From assembly GCA_951406725.2 (NCBI GenBank), contig OX597818.1:85684001-85748000 (forward strand): a stretch of DNA of 64,000 bases. The letters run 5' to 3'. Every line of letters starts with the position of its first letter. Position 1 is the first letter of the stretch. A model generated the notes under the pieces. That model was given only the letters and a program-made list of their open reading frames with translations, had not been told where the DNA came from and made no database searches. Positions 47,872 to 61,367 of the stretch are shown one piece after another. Made by a program: the position numbers and the translations under genes. This DNA comes from Octopus vulgaris. Taxonomy: Eukaryota.

Positions 47872-48353
47872 CAGGGGTTGGACAAAATAGTGGAAACACC
47901 TTAAAATTTCAAACAAATTTATTTTAATATGGGGTAGGACCACTTTTGGCAGTAATTACAGCTTGAATTCTATGTGGTATGGACTCGTACAAAGTTTGAA
48001 TTGTTTCCAAAGGAATTTTTGTCCATTCTTCAGCTAAAACAGTCTCCAGTTCTCATAGTGATGATGGTGGAGGATATCGACTCCTTACTTGTTTTTCTAA
48101 AATGCACCATAAATCTTCAATAATATTGAGATCTGGGGACTGTGGTGGCCAGATAAGATGTTCAACTCACGAGAATGTTCCTCGTGCCTTCAATAACAAC
48201 TTTAGCTTTGTGAATTGGTTCATTATCATCATGAAAGATTGCATTTCCCTCCAGAAACAGTTTCACAACCATAGGATGAATTTGATAAGATAAAATGCTT
48301 AAATAGTCTTGACTATTAATTCTGCCACGAAAGGAAACCATTGGGTTGGAAAT
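47872..48353 (-). mobile_element. Tc1-family DNA transposon, right end with decayed transposase C-terminus
   Basis: TA|CAGGGGTTGGACAAAATAGTGGAAACACC terminus. Minus strand reads GRINSQDYLSIL...IFHDDNEPIHKAK...HLIWPPQSPDLNIIEDLWCILE...IQAVITAKSGPTPY*, the DDE C-terminal half, with frameshifts and a stop. Confidence 0.88.
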
Positions 48354-48860
48354 CTTTGACTTCAAAGTATTCCGTCTCTCCATCAGGAGTGATCGCTTTC
48401 ACTCTGGTGTTCTCGTACAGCCTACTTATTGCTCTCAGAATTCTTTGTGGAATATCGTATCTTCATCATCATTCTCCTATGTACTGAATCAAAAGCCTTT
48501 TTAAAGTCTACATAGATAATGATAGCCTTCCTGTTATGGCTCTTAACTCCCTCTATCAGTCTTCTACATGCAACAGTGTGAGATGTTGTTGACTGTCCTG
48601 CTCTGAATCCATTTTGATTTGGTCGCAATTGTTTGTCTGTCTTATGTTGTATTCGGTTCAGTATCATCTTGTTGACCATTTTTGCAACAATGGAAAACAA
48701 ACTGATCCCTCTGTAATTCCCAGTATCACTTAAGTCTCCAGTTTTGGATAGTAGTAGCAAGTCTATCCTCAGACCATTGTTCTGGCTTCACATTGTCATT
48801 TAGTTTGTTTGCAAATTCAAGGATGATGTTGTCTAAATCACATCTTTTTAGTACTTCTGT
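48354..48860 (-). mobile_element. RTE-type LINE fragment, RT N-terminal half
   Basis: EVLKRCDLDNIIL..., GNYRGISL...LRPNQNGFR...YVDFKKAFDSVHR..., YDIPQRILRAISRLYENT...PDGETEYFEVK. Confidence 0.88.
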
Positions 48861-49295
48861 ATCAATGAAAGTGAGAGCCAGTAAGTCACGGAAAATTTCA
48901 AATACCTTGGTGCATAGACACAAAGTACTGAAAAAGACATCACAGCAAGGAAAGCTTGCCTGGAGCACAAGCCATAAATTGAGAAAGGTATAGAGTTCAA
49001 AGTTAGCAAGGAAATTGAAAGTGAGATTGTTTCTGGCAACAGTGGATTCTGTTCTTTGCGGGGCTGAAACATGGATGTTCACTAAAGTATTGAAGAAGCA
49101 GTTGGACGGTTGTTATACAAGGATGCTTAGAATGGCACTCAATGTCTCCTAAGAGTCATACAACAAACACCGACTTAGACTAGGGACTACCAAAAGCAAC
49201 ATTGAAAATACAACATATAAGGATGAGGCTAGTTGACAACTGTATCAGACACACCGATGTAATTGCTAACAAGCTAGTGCTCTGGCAAAGCAGAC
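48861..49295 (+). mobile_element. RTE-type LINE fragment, RT motif 7 and thumb, opposite strand
   Basis: ENFKYLGA*TQSTEKDITARKA...AW...KVRLFLATVDSVL.CGAETW...KQLDGCYTRMLRMALNVS. Confidence 0.85.
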
Positions 49296-49934
49296 ATTGG
49301 ATTTCAACATCATCCTCCAGCTTGTTGTATCCTGTTAACCCTTCCAAACTGTCAGAATGGAAGATGAACATCAAAAGATGATAATGATGATGAGGACGAT
49401 GATTGCATGTGTGTGTGTGTGTACATGCATCTATATATATATATATATATATTGTTGCTGTTATGTTAAACTGTCGTATGTCCAAATTTGGCCAAATGTG
49501 TTTTATTCAATATTTATTTTTGCTTGCAATAGCCTGTTCTTTTGGTCAAACTATTGTATCTCCAGCTGCTTCAGATACAAAGATATCAAAAATTGTTATT
49601 GTGTAGTACAACAGTTTTGCTATGGAATGGTGAAATTATTTTTGTGTTTTCTGAAAAAGCAACGTTTTGAACTTACAACATTTTTGCATAATAGCAATGA
49701 TATGTGTGTGTGTGTGCGTGCGTATATATATACATACATACATATAGATTTAACACTGTTAAAGAGGACTATTCATTCATATGCAAAAATAAACACCACA
49801 CAACAGCTGTTTTCTTTCCTTACTATTTTCAACTTCAAATAGGTTAGAAAGATTTTTTTCCAGTCATGTATAAAACATTATGTTACTGGGTCTGTGTTCT
49901 ATGTGCTGCAACTTCATAAACATTTATCCTTTAC

Positions 49935-49936
49935 TA

Positions 49937-49967
<31 letters not shown>

Positions 49968-50014
49968 TATTATTATTATTGTTATTATCATCATTATTAT
50001 TATTGTTATTATCA

Positions 50015-50072
<58 letters not shown>
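49935..50072. repeat. (ATT)n/(ATC)n trinucleotide microsatellite
   Basis: Directly visible. Similar runs at 28615-28665, 31130-31187, 39366-39422, 44720-44790 and 60685-60733. Confidence 0.95.
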
Positions 50073-50073
<1 letters not shown>

Positions 50074-52344
50074 TTCTTTTCCTTTTATAATCTCTCATTG
50101 TTTTGTTTCGAAGTTAAAGAATCCATTTAGCCTCAGTGCTCTAGGGTTAATCATTCCATCACAAAAGTTACTGATGCAAATGAAGAGATGCACAAAAGAA
50201 AATGATAATTACTCTGTGAAAATGGCAGTGTGCATGTTGGCATGCTTCCTTCTCTTGGTGGAGCAAATAATAAAAACAATAATGATGATCATAATAATAA
50301 CAATAATAATAGTAATAATAGTTATTGTAATGATAATAATAATAATAATAGTTGTAATAGTAATGAAAATAATGAAAGAGAAGAGAAAAATTATGTGTTA
50401 AAGAAGAAAAAATGTTTCTTTCCTGATTTGGCTATGTATGGATATACATTAATATATATTTGTGTGTGTATGTGTGTGTGTGTGTGTGTGTATGTGTATA
50501 TATATGGCGAGAGGGAGAGACTGAGATACATGCTTATTTTATGAAGACAGAGAAAAAGAGATGTGTGTGTAGATATGCATATAAGTGTATGTGTTAAGTA
50601 TTTCTCAGTCAAAATGTTCGATTGTACATTTTTAGTTGTTCAATCCACTGAACTACCAGGCTCTGTGAATAAGCACATTAGTGACTGAGTATTCCACGGA
50701 GAATGTAACCACCATGTTAATTCTGAAGCCAGTCAATGTAATAACATTTGAGCTTTGAATTACTGGTACCATTTGGCATGCTTTCTCATAGTTTCCATGT
50801 AACTAATTTCAACCACAAGACATGGAGCAACCTCAAGTTATGGAAAATGGCCTGGCTTTTAGTTGGTTATGACAGTGAGGTTTCCAGTTGACCTGATCAA
50901 TGGAAAAGCATGCTTGTGAAATTAACATGCAAGTGAATGAACACTCCACTGACATGTGTACCCTCAATCTAGTTCTCAGGGAGACTCAGCATAACACAGA
51001 ATGTGACAAGGCTGACCCATTGAATTACAGGTACTACTTGTTTTTGCCAGCTGAATGAACTGGAGCAATGTGAAATAAAGTATCTTGCTCAAGGACACAA
51101 CATGTTGCCTACCCTAACCACTAAGCCACATGTCTTCATTTTGCAAGTGTGTGTGTGTGTGTGTGTATACACACACACATAAACATTTGATCACTATAAA
51201 CAAATCATTGGTGTGGTTGTTCGGTAAGAAATTGTCGAACCCTCATATGTCATCTAACAATGGTAGAGTCCATCATATATGTATATATGCGCACACACAC
51301 TCACACACACTCACACACACACACACACATGCGTGTGGCTCTCTTTTGTTTACACCGAAGAGTGTTCCAGTTGATTTGACCAACAGAACAGCCTGCTCTT
51401 GAAATTAACATGCAAATGACATGCATGCCCATAATGTAATTTGCAGGAAGATTCAGCATGACACAGAATGTGTCAAGGCTGGCTCATTGAACTGCAGGTA
51501 CAACTCATTTTTGCCAGCTGAGTGGACTGGAATAATGTGAATTAAAGAGATAAAGGACACAATGTACTGCTGGGAATCAAATTGACAACCTTAAGACAGA
51601 AGCATCCAACCCATGCCAGCATGGTAAACAGATGCTAAACGATGATGATGATGATACATACACCCTCTCCCACACACACATAGATATTAGCTTGAATTAC
51701 CTTAGCCACTAATTCATGCACCATTGCATATGGTGAATGACATTTGCCAAGGTTTTCATGTATGGGATTGAACCTAGGATTTCAAAATTGCTGAACTGAA
51801 CTTCTTAACATTTCAGTCACACATGCAGCTATCTATATTTGTAGGTGCAGACATAACTGGGCAGTTGAGAAGTTCACTTCCTAATCACTTGGTTTCAGGT
51901 TTAGTCCCACTGCACAGTACTTTGAGCATGATTGTATGGTAAGAAGTTTGCCTCCTAACCACATGGTTCTGGGTTCAGTCCCACTATGAAGTACCTTGGA
52001 CAAGTGTCTTCAAGTATAGCCCTAGGCCAACCAAAGCCTTGTGAATAGATGTGGTAGTTGGAAACAGAAGGAAGCCCCTTGTATGGTGTGTGTGAGACTT
52101 TTGCCTGTGTTTGCCCCCACCACCACCACCACCACCACCACTAGCACCACTTGACAACTGTTGTTGGTGTATTTATGTCCCCATAACTTAGCAGTTTAGC
52201 AAAAGAGGCCATTGGAATAAGTACTAGGCTTTAAAAAGAAAAATAGGTTTGGGGTCAATTTGTTTGATTAAGATTCTTCAAAGTAGTGCCCCAACATGGC
52301 TGCAGTCAAATGAGTGAAGCATGTATGAGATGTATTTGTATATA

Positions 52345-52550
52345 CAGTAATCCCTCAACTATTGTGGGTGTTACATTCCAAAACCTTGCACAGAAATAAT
52401 TAAAATCCAAAAAAATCTAAATAGCTATCAGCCACAGAAATCCATAATATACTGAGGACTCCACAATATAAATTTACATATATTAGCCAGAAAAATCTGC
52501 AATGTACTGAGTGCATGATAGGTGAACTACAATATGGTGAGGGATTACTG
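52345..52550. mobile_element. pogo/Tigger-type MITE, 206 bp
   Basis: TA|CAGTAATCCCTC...GAGGGATTACTG|TA: perfect 12-bp terminal inverted repeats with TA duplication. Confidence 0.82.
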
Positions 52551-53611
52551 TATATGTCTGTGTTTGTGCTTGTCCCCCACCATTGCTTGACAACCAGTGT
52601 TGGTTTGTTTATATCCCCATAACTTGTTGTTCAGCATAAAAAAAAAGTGACCAAAATAGAGAAAGATCATTGTATATATAAAAGTGCATTTTTGGACCTG
52701 GCAGAACCCAACTCTCTCCAGATATGGCCACATTGGATTTTTTTCCCAAGATGACAGGCAGAAAGGAAGAAAGATAAAGAATTTGCCCTATTTTCAGATA
52801 TACATACACACATGAATAAATGTGTATGTGTGTGTGTGTTGATTACATCAGTCCCAATGCTCATCTGCTACTTATTTCATCAACTCCAAAAGGATAAAAG
52901 GCAAGGCTGACCTCTGCAGAATTTGAACTTAGTACATGAAGACAGATAAATTACCAGCTCACCACATTTATGTATAGTATTACACAAATACACACACACT
53001 GATATGCAAATACAATGATTGTGAGTGAGCGTATGTTTGCAGATATATATTTGTATAATATCACACATACACACACACAAATATATATATATATATATAT
53101 GTGTGGGTGTGTATAAAAATTCCTTACTCTCACTCAATATGAGGTATGTATTATCTCACTACAGTAAAGAGTTTCACTTAAAAAGAATAATAAAAATAGT
53201 AATGGAAATAAGTCTTTGATTGCCGCAAAATAAAATATTTAATGCATAAATATATCTTTGTGTGTGTGTACACACATATATTTGTGTTTGTTTGTTTGTG
53301 TGTGTTATATGCACACACATCTAATACATATAGAATAATGAATAAAACATTGTTTTGTAATTGTTCTCCTTTTTACTTTTTTATCTTCTTCCTCTTACAT
53401 TTATTTATTTATTTATTTATTCATTCATTCATTTATAGCTTTTCTAATCAATTGTAAACTTCCTTTCTGTTATATTACAATCACTTATGGAAGATGCATT
53501 TAATAAAAAAGAAATACAAAAAGCAACAGCAAAAAAAATTATAAACAAAATCTTTTTCAAAAAAATTTGTTAAGTAACACTATATGGAATGATAGGGATG
53601 TTCAGCTGTGT

Positions 53612-53678
<67 letters not shown>

Positions 53679-55518
53679 GAAGGAATTGGAGTCAGGAAGA
53701 GGGAGAATGGTCGGACACTTGTTTATTATTCGCTACAATTGTATGGTTATGTTGTATTCCTAATAGATACAACATAACTATATATACATACATATATACA
53801 TATACTCAGACACACATACACACACACAAACACATATCTGTTCAGTTCTATTCAGCATTTTTTGAACTGCAGTTATGGCCCTTTCTTTCAAAAATAGCTT
53901 GTTTTTTAAAATTTATGTATTTATTTAATTTTTTGAGAATATGAAGACAATACTACACATGAGAATATATGTCAAATAGTTCAACTAGCTAATTATTGTA
54001 ATTTGCTAATTATAAATCATTAGTTAAGGTATTTTCCTATGACATTATTGACCAGATTCATTACTTATGTCTGACAAAATGCTTAGCTGCAATTAAATCC
54101 AGCTCTTTACATTCTGAGTTTAAATTCCGTTGAGATCAACTTTACCCTTCATCCTTTCAGTGCTAGCTGAGCACTGGAGTTGATGTAAATGACTTCCCCC
54201 TCTCAAATTGCCATCCTTGTGCAAAAATTATTAACAATTATTAACCATTGTGATACTCTGCTACCTGAAGCCAGCTCTGGGTTTACAACTCTGTGTTCTT
54301 ATTTAAAAGTAATCTAAATATCTAATCAAAATCTTACATCAAAATTTAATAGATTAACCTTTTAGCATTCAAATTTCTTTATCAAATTCATTGCTTGTCT
54401 GTTCACAATGTTTTGAATTAATCACACATTAATTTTTAGTTTTAAGACTTCAGTAGTGTGTTTGCATATTTTTGGAATGACATTGTAGGGTAGGTGTGAG
54501 GAGTTGGATCTTAACAGTTTTAATATAAAATCTAGATTATTTGGGCCAGATATGGCTGGATTAAATGGTTAAGAGTAACAATTATTTTATTGAATTCTTC
54601 ATGATAGATACTGGCTTGGCTGTGTGGTTAAGGAGCTTGCATCACTACCACATGGTTCCAGGTTCAGTCCTACTGCATGGCATCTTGGACAAGTATCTTC
54701 TACTATGAACCTGAGCTGACCAAAGCCATATGAGTGAATTTGGGGGATGGAAACGATCTGAGAGCCTGTTGTGTGTGTGTGTGTGTGTGTGCGCACGCAC
54801 ACGTGCGTGTAAGTGTTAAATAAGAATAAGTTAAGAGAAATAATGTAGAGAGGCCATTGCCATGTATTTGAACAACATAAACAAATATGATAACATAAAT
54901 TCTTGATTTATTAATGGTATCTCTGGTTCTAGAACATGTGTCACAATTATCAAATGACAGTTGAGAACATCTCCATATGAGAAAGGGAGATAATCTAACA
55001 AATCAAGATTTCTATGAAGTTGACTTACCATTTAGACAAGGTACACACTTATTGTCTAGAGCATAAGAGGGCAAACTCAAACATAGGCACCATCAACAAT
55101 TCTAACCTATTGCCAGCAGCCAAGAGACATATACAAAGAGAGTAGAACACATTTATAGCTTCGGCATTTGCATAATGAAAATAATCTTAGAGAAATAAAT
55201 CAGACTGACCAGTGGCATGCATTTGAGCAACATATAGAAAATACAGCTATATCAAATACCATACAACAAATAGATAGGTAATTAATTAATAATTGGCAAA
55301 AAGAGTCAGAGAATTTCAAGCATCGGTATTCATCAAAGTTTAGTAAGTGCTAACGTATGAAACTTTCAGCCTTTGTGTCACTCCATAACCTCCGTTACTT
55401 ATTTATAAAATACATGGAAACTCATGTTTCAAGGTCTATTTTTCTATTTGCACTGTCAAACCTATATTATATTATATCATGTGTTATGTTAAATTATATT
55501 TCTTATTGTTGTTTACAG

Positions 55519-55688
55519 TTAAAATGTACAAATGTGAATCGATGGCTACAAGCTGTGGTATTTGCTTAACCATGGACAAGATATACAGATGTGGCTGGTG
55601 TGAGAACAAGTGCAGTATCCGGTCACAGTGCACCAATTACCATTGGTTTCCTAGCTCCGAGATTTGTCGCAATGTGAAAATAACTGAG
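55519..55688 (+). CDS. PlexB: Plexin exon E: PSI3
   Basis: tttacAG|TT...GAG|GTaagc. Reads (V)KMYKCESMATSCGICLTMDKIYRCGWCENKCSIRSQCTNYHWFPSSEICRNVKITE, a complete 8-Cys PSI domain. Confidence 0.93.
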
Positions 55689-55762
55689 GTAAGCATTCAT
55701 GCCTGTTCTCAATCACATCTTGAATGCTGCAGAAATACTCATAATGTGCTTGTATTTTGGTG

Positions 55763-55800
<38 letters not shown>

Positions 55801-56849
55801 ATGTTTACATTTTATCAAGGAAGAAGTTGACAGTGACTTCAAAGTTTCAGTTTGTTAGCCTTCATCTGATTGTTTGATGAAAGCAATGATACTGAAGCTC
55901 TAAAGACAATGTCGATCTTTAATATGTATGTATTCTACTAGAAAAATATTGAGTAATCCTTCTTCAATTTAATATTAAATTGTTTATTTGTGTGTGTAAT
56001 TTAACATGAAACAAACAATAATAAGATTTTGCTATCATACCTGTCAGTTTTCCAATGATGTGGCAAGTTTTTTGTATGATGTAATGCACAAATAATGAAT
56101 AAGATACCATACTATTGAAACATGTGTATCACACATTGAACTGCTATCGTCCATTTTCCTCTTTTTATTCTGTATGTGTGTATTATACTGGTATAAAAAG
56201 AGTTGAGACATGTCTGTATGTAAAATCTCAAACATCACTGTTATCTTCACAGTGCCTGCTTTTGTAAGATATCATGAATCTGGGTAGATTTTCACAATCA
56301 TCTCAGTTATCTCATTGGTGATACAGACACAATACTCTCAGATGTCCCCATGACTTTTTTTACTCTTCTCCTTCCCTTACCTATATATCTAGGACCCTCC
56401 ATCACCAACTTTTGACAAATTTTAGCCCCTGCATGTATCTTCCATTCCTCTCACATGTTCTCTCTGTCAAGTCTCTCTGAAATCATACCTTAATATGAGG
56501 ACACTTTGGATAATGTTTTACTTGAAAGACTATGTCTAAAAGAACTAATAATGGTTATTTGTGGAGAAAGTATCTAATTAAGAGGATTAGGTACCATTTT
56601 ATTTTATTTTCCAGTTTAAAGTGATCAGCATTAAAACCATTCATCAAAATTCAATGTTAAATTATATTCCAAACCCCAATTTAGTAATGACAAAGTTATT
56701 TTACTTTGTTCTTTAGTCTAAAATTAATTAAAGTAAAGTCTGTGTTTTCAACCAAAATATAGTAACAAAAGGATTAAGCAACATATTTGGTCACACTTCC
56801 AGCCAATACTTCTCTGAATATGTGGTAAATTTTTTTTTTTTTTTAACAG

Positions 56850-57001
56850 TTTCATCCATCAAAAGGTCCAAAAGAAGGTGGAACCCTTTTGACAATTAGA
56901 GGAGAAAATCTTGGTAAAACATTTTCAGACATCAAAAAGGGAGTGACTGTGGTTGGAGCACACTGCGAACCTATAGAATCAGAGTACGTTCCTGCTCAAA
57001 A
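56850..57001 (+). CDS. PlexB: Plexin exon F: IPT3 N-terminal part
   Basis: Poly-T then aacAG|TTT...CAAAA|GTaagt. Reads FHPSKGPKEGGTLLTIRGENLGKTFSDIKKGVTVVGAHCEPIESEYVPAQ-(K), with the canonical IPT motif P..GP..GGT.LTI.G.NLG. Not in the ORF track. Confidence 0.93.
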
Positions 57002-58095
57002 GTAAGTAAAATTAAATATTGCACTCATTTTGTTCCACTTTAGGGTAATGAGCAGGGGATGGGGAGTCAGGAAATAACATAGAGGTAACTTTTCATGTCA
57101 AGGTTTTCAAAATAAAATTGGTTCTTATTTTTTAAAAAAGAAATTTAGCACATTAACAGCCATTGCCTGTTTCTGGAACTTACCAGTGATGCCATGTATT
57201 TTTGACCACACTGCATATTGTTTAATTACAAGGAAATGTAAGTTTTGGGCATTTTTACAATATTTCATAATTAAACTTGAATATTTAGAACTCAGATGCA
57301 GTGAACTGGCAGAATTGTTACTGCACTAGGAAAAATGCTTAGCAGCATTTCTTTCTTCTCTACATTCTGAGTTCAAATGCTGCTGGGAGTCAACTTTGCT
57401 TTCCATCCTTTCAGGGTCAATTGAGTACCAGTTGAGCATTGGGGCTGATGTAAACAACTTACACCCTCCCAAAATCCTGCTGGCTTTGCACCAGAATTTG
57501 AAGCTAATAATTAGCACTCATTCTATTTTGATATCCTCAAAGCCATATCAAAGATACAGAATAAAATATTTTCTAAAGTTATGAAAATGTACCACCAGTG
57601 GTGATTGTGTGAAGTTTGTGATGAACCACCAGTGGTACATGTGGCAGTTAATGTGTTAAATGATGATTACTCTCTTAGATGTGCACATTACTTGCAAAGG
57701 AAGACAAAATTTGCATACATTGCCAATTTTTGTACTCATCCACTGCAAAATAATAGAGGGTAAGTAATAGTCCATGGAAAAATCCACAACTACAAGAAGG
57801 AATTTTTTGCACTCACATTTCACTCTGCTAAATATATCATCAATTCAAAGTGTTATGTCTGGTGGCATAAAAAAAAGCTAAAAGAACATTTTTCTTTTGT
57901 TAAATTTTTTTACTGTTTGTTTGTTATTTTCTTTATTATTCAAACAAGTGGTTTCCTCCAGAGGTCACAGATATTACAAGGGTAATCTTCATAATATTTG
58001 GTAGGATTAGAAATTTTAATTTGCTTTTGTGTTTTAATTAATTAACTGAATAATTGAATTAATTTGTTCAATTTGTTTTATCTTTGTCAACCCAG

Positions 58096-58198
58096 GATTG
58101 TTTGCAGAACAGGACGCTCTTCAAAAAAGAGCGGCGCCGTCCGCGTTGTTGTGGCAACATTTGCATCAGCCATGTCAGATTTCTTTTATCAATATGTG
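58096..58198 (+). CDS. PlexB: Plexin exon G: IPT3 C-terminal part
   Basis: cccAG|G...GTG|GTgagt. Reads (K)IVCRTGRSSKKSGAVRVVVATFASAMSDFFYQYV. Phase 2 start matches exon F; ends phase 0. Confidence 0.88.
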
Positions 58199-59123
58199 GT
58201 GAGTATTCCACTTCTGTTTGTTCAACTTTATGTCCAGTAGGTTGTAAATATATAGCATACACACTTGTTCGTAAATTGCAATCTATTGCTAGTTATTCAT
58301 AGCTTACCATTCATATGGTCCTGCTGTCTATAAATAATTATTCAGTAATATAGGTTGTAGCATAGCTAGGTGCAGACATAACCGTGTGCTAAGAAGTTTG
58401 CTTCCCAACTATATGGTTTTGAGTTCAGTCTCATTGTATGGCACCTTGAGCAAGTGTCTTCTATTAAAAATAACCCTAGGTTGACTACTTCCTTGTGAAT
58501 GGATTTGGTGAATGGAAACTGTGAGAAGCTTATCGTGTGTATTTGTGCATGCACATGTGTGTGTTATTCACTCCTTGGTTTGGCTTCACATGATAATTAT
58601 AAACAAATATCAGCATAACACAAGCAGTGTAAACATCTTGTCATAGCAAAATGTTAACTTACATGCAAACAGTTGAGGGTTGGTGTCAGGAAAGGCATCA
58701 GGCTGTAGAAAATTTGCCTCAATAAATCGCATCTGATCCATATGAGGATGTCAGAAGGTGGTGATGATGATATATCATGTTCTTATGGCTATAAGATTTT
58801 CTTCATTGAAATTCTAGTTCTTGTAAGGTTAAATTTATTTAGAGGGTTGTTGGTGTCTTGGTAGTTTTGTTGTATATAATTATGTCATATATTAGCATTG
58901 CACAATTGTCCTTCACAGAGATTCTAATGAGGGGGTAATACATTTGTAATTAGTTCGAAGACAAGCAACTGAACTTAAAAAACATAACACAAAAAATATT
59001 TTAAAATACTTATTAGCTTATATCTATTTCAATAAATGGTTTATACGTATTTTCATGTGTATCATATTTGATTTGCTGCTTCAATATTAGTTGTTATGTG
59101 TTTTTAAAATTCCTATGTTTTAA

Positions 59124-59696
59124 CACTTTAGCATTCAGGTACTTTGAATTACTTATGCACAGGTGCAGGCATGGCTGTGTGGTAAGAAGCTTGCTTCCCA
59201 ATCACATGGTTCTGGGTTCAGTCCCACTGCATGGCACCTTGGGCAAGTGTCTTCTATTATAGCCTCGGGCCAACCAAAGCCTTGTGAGTGGATTTGGTAG
59301 ATTGAAACTGAAAGAAGCCCGTTGTGTGTGTGTGTATGTATATATTTGTGTGTACATCTGTGTTTGTCACAACAACCATTGCTTGACAACCGATGTTGGT
59401 ATTTTATATCCTCGTAACTTAATGGTTTGACAAAAGAGACCAATAGAATAAGTACTAGGCATACAAAGAATAAGTCCTGGAGTCAATTTGTTCAACTAAA
59501 AAGCAGTACTCCAGCATGGCTGCAGTCAAATGACTGAAATGAGTAAAAAAGTATCTCACAGCTTTGAGATTTTGATGACATGACTGTTTTTTAGGATGAC
59601 ACTATGTGGTACCTGTGAGAGGCTAGATCTGACCAGATTGAACATAAAACAAGTAGAATATTTGGCCTGGATATGGCCAGTTTGAATGTTAAAGTG
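59124..59696. mobile_element. Second TTAA-flanked MITE family, interrupted by a family A SINE
   Basis: TTAA|CACTTTAGCATTCA...TGAATGTTAAAGTG|TTAA. Related copies at about 54355-54575 and 1465-1650. Confidence 0.7.
59162..59550 (+). mobile_element. Near full-length tRNA-headed SINE, family A
   Basis: A-box-like tggctgtgtggtaag, B-box-like gggttcagtccc, internal (TG)n, tail gactgaaatgagtaaaaaa. Other copies at 2890-3230 (-), 13650-14010 (+), 35270-35630 (-), 41015-41385 (-), 45825-46280 (+), 51930-52330 (+). Confidence 0.85.
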
Positions 59697-59909
59697 TTAA
59701 ATATTGTCACTGAATCAAATAGATTAACTGAAGTTGGTCCATTTTTTCCTATTATTTTCTGAAAAAAAAAAAAAAATTATAAAAGTCAAAATAGATTTAT
59801 TTTGAAAGTGCTCTCTAGTTTATGGAGTTTTTGCTGATTACATATGTTTCTACTCATAGTTTTTTTTGCATATTATTAATATGTTTTTCTGTTCATTTTC
59901 CTTTTTTAG

Positions 59910-60046
59910 GTACCAGAAATTAATGGACTGGAGCCAACAATGGGACCCAAAGATGGTGGCACTAGAGTCACTGTCAAAGGTGATCATCTTGATGCTGGAT
60001 ACGAAAAGTCTATCACGATCGCAGGTTTGCCATGCAGGATTGAACG
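59910..60046 (+). CDS. PlexB: Plexin exon H: IPT4 N-terminal part
   Basis: ttttttAG|GTA...CG|GTaaga. Reads VPEINGLEPTMGPKDGGTRVTVKGDHLDAGYEKSITIAGLPCRIE-(R), with the IPT motif GP..GGT.VT..G..L.AG. Confidence 0.92.
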
Positions 60047-60234
60047 GTAAGAATTTCAAAGAAAATCGTAAAATTCAATCTTAGTAGCTTTTAGCTGAAG
60101 AGGTTTTTGTGCAAGTGTGTGTGTGGGGGGGCAGGGGACACCGACTGCAGGGCACCTTGTGCAAGTGTCTTTAGCTATATCCCTGCAACTGTCAAAGCTT
60201 TTCACATAGATTTGTTACAAATTTGTTGTTATTG

Positions 60235-60681
60235 AGGTAGCAAGCTGGCAGAATCATTAGCACACTAGACAAATGGCTTAGCAGTATTTCATATGTTGCT
60301 ATGTTCTGAGTTCAAATTCCACCGAGGTTGATTTCACCTTTCATCCTTTCGGGGTCAATAAATCAAGCACCAGTGAAACACTGGGGTCGATGTAATCAAC
60401 TTATCCTCTCCTTGTGGCAAAACTTGAAACTATTATGATTATTATTATTATTATTATCATTATTTTATTACGGTGGTGAGCCAGCAAAATCGTTAGCACT
60501 CCTGGTAAAATGCTTAATGGCATTTCATCCTATTTTACATTCCAAGTTCAAGTTCTGCCAGAGCCAATTTTGCCTTCCATCCTTTTGGGTTCGATAAAAT
60601 AAGTACCAGCTGAGCATTGTGATCAATGCAGTCGACTTACACCTCTCTAAATCTTGCTGACCTTATGCCAAAGTTTGTTAG

Positions 60682-60726
<45 letters not shown>

Positions 60727-61367
60727 TATTATTGTGGTGAGTTGACAATCATTAGCATGCTGGGTAACATGCTTAGCATCATCATATCTGTCTTTACATT
60801 CAGGGTTCAAATTCTACCAAGGTCAACTTTTTGCTTTTCAACCCTTTCAGGGTTGATAAAACAAGTACCAGTTGAGCAATTGGGTCAATGTAATTGACAA
60901 ATACCCTACCTGCAAATTTCAGGCCTTGTGCCTTTAGTACAAAAGGTTATTATTATTTTTAAGGTGGCAAGCTGGCAGAATCCTTAGTATGCTGGATAAA
61001 ATGCTAAGCAGTATCTCACCTGTTGTTATGATCTGAGATCAAATTCCACCAAAGGTGACAAATTTCAGGTCTTCTACAGTAGAAAGCATTATTAATGTCA
61101 TTATTATTATTATTATTTTAAGGCAGCAAGCTGGCAGAATCTTTAGCACACTGGGTGTAATGCTTAGTGGTATTTCATCCATCCTTACATTGAGGGTTCA
61201 AATTCCACTGAGGTTGACTTTGCCATTCATTCTTTCAGCGGGGGGAGTGGGGTCAATGTAATTGACTATCCCTCTCCTGTGAGAGTACTGGGGTTGATGT
61301 AATCAACTATCTCACTTCCCCAAAATTTCAGGCCTTGTGCCTATAGTAGCAATGATTATTATTATTA
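60235..61367 (+). mobile_element. Head-to-tail train of about 5 family B SINEs
   Basis: Heads (ggtggcaagctggcagaatc and variants) at about 60235, 60470, 60735, 60961 and 61120, each following the (ATT)n tail of the previous copy. Confidence 0.82.

Noticed and set aside
55305-55340. Possible second hammerhead remnant (minus strand UUGAUGA-AUAC-CGAU-GCUU-GAAA-UU)
   Set aside because: C3 is lost, stem II barely pairs and no stem I is evident. It may be a decayed relative but cannot be supported.
58084-58302. ORF-track proteins overlapping exons G and H (58084-58302, 59866-60084)
   Set aside because: They are in the wrong frames; the splice-phase-consistent frames give the IPT sequences.
59162-59235. 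tRNA-like sequence (also at 34168, 41780 and other SINE heads)
   Set aside because: A/B-box-like motifs are present but I could not fold a full cloverleaf, and each runs straight into a SINE body.
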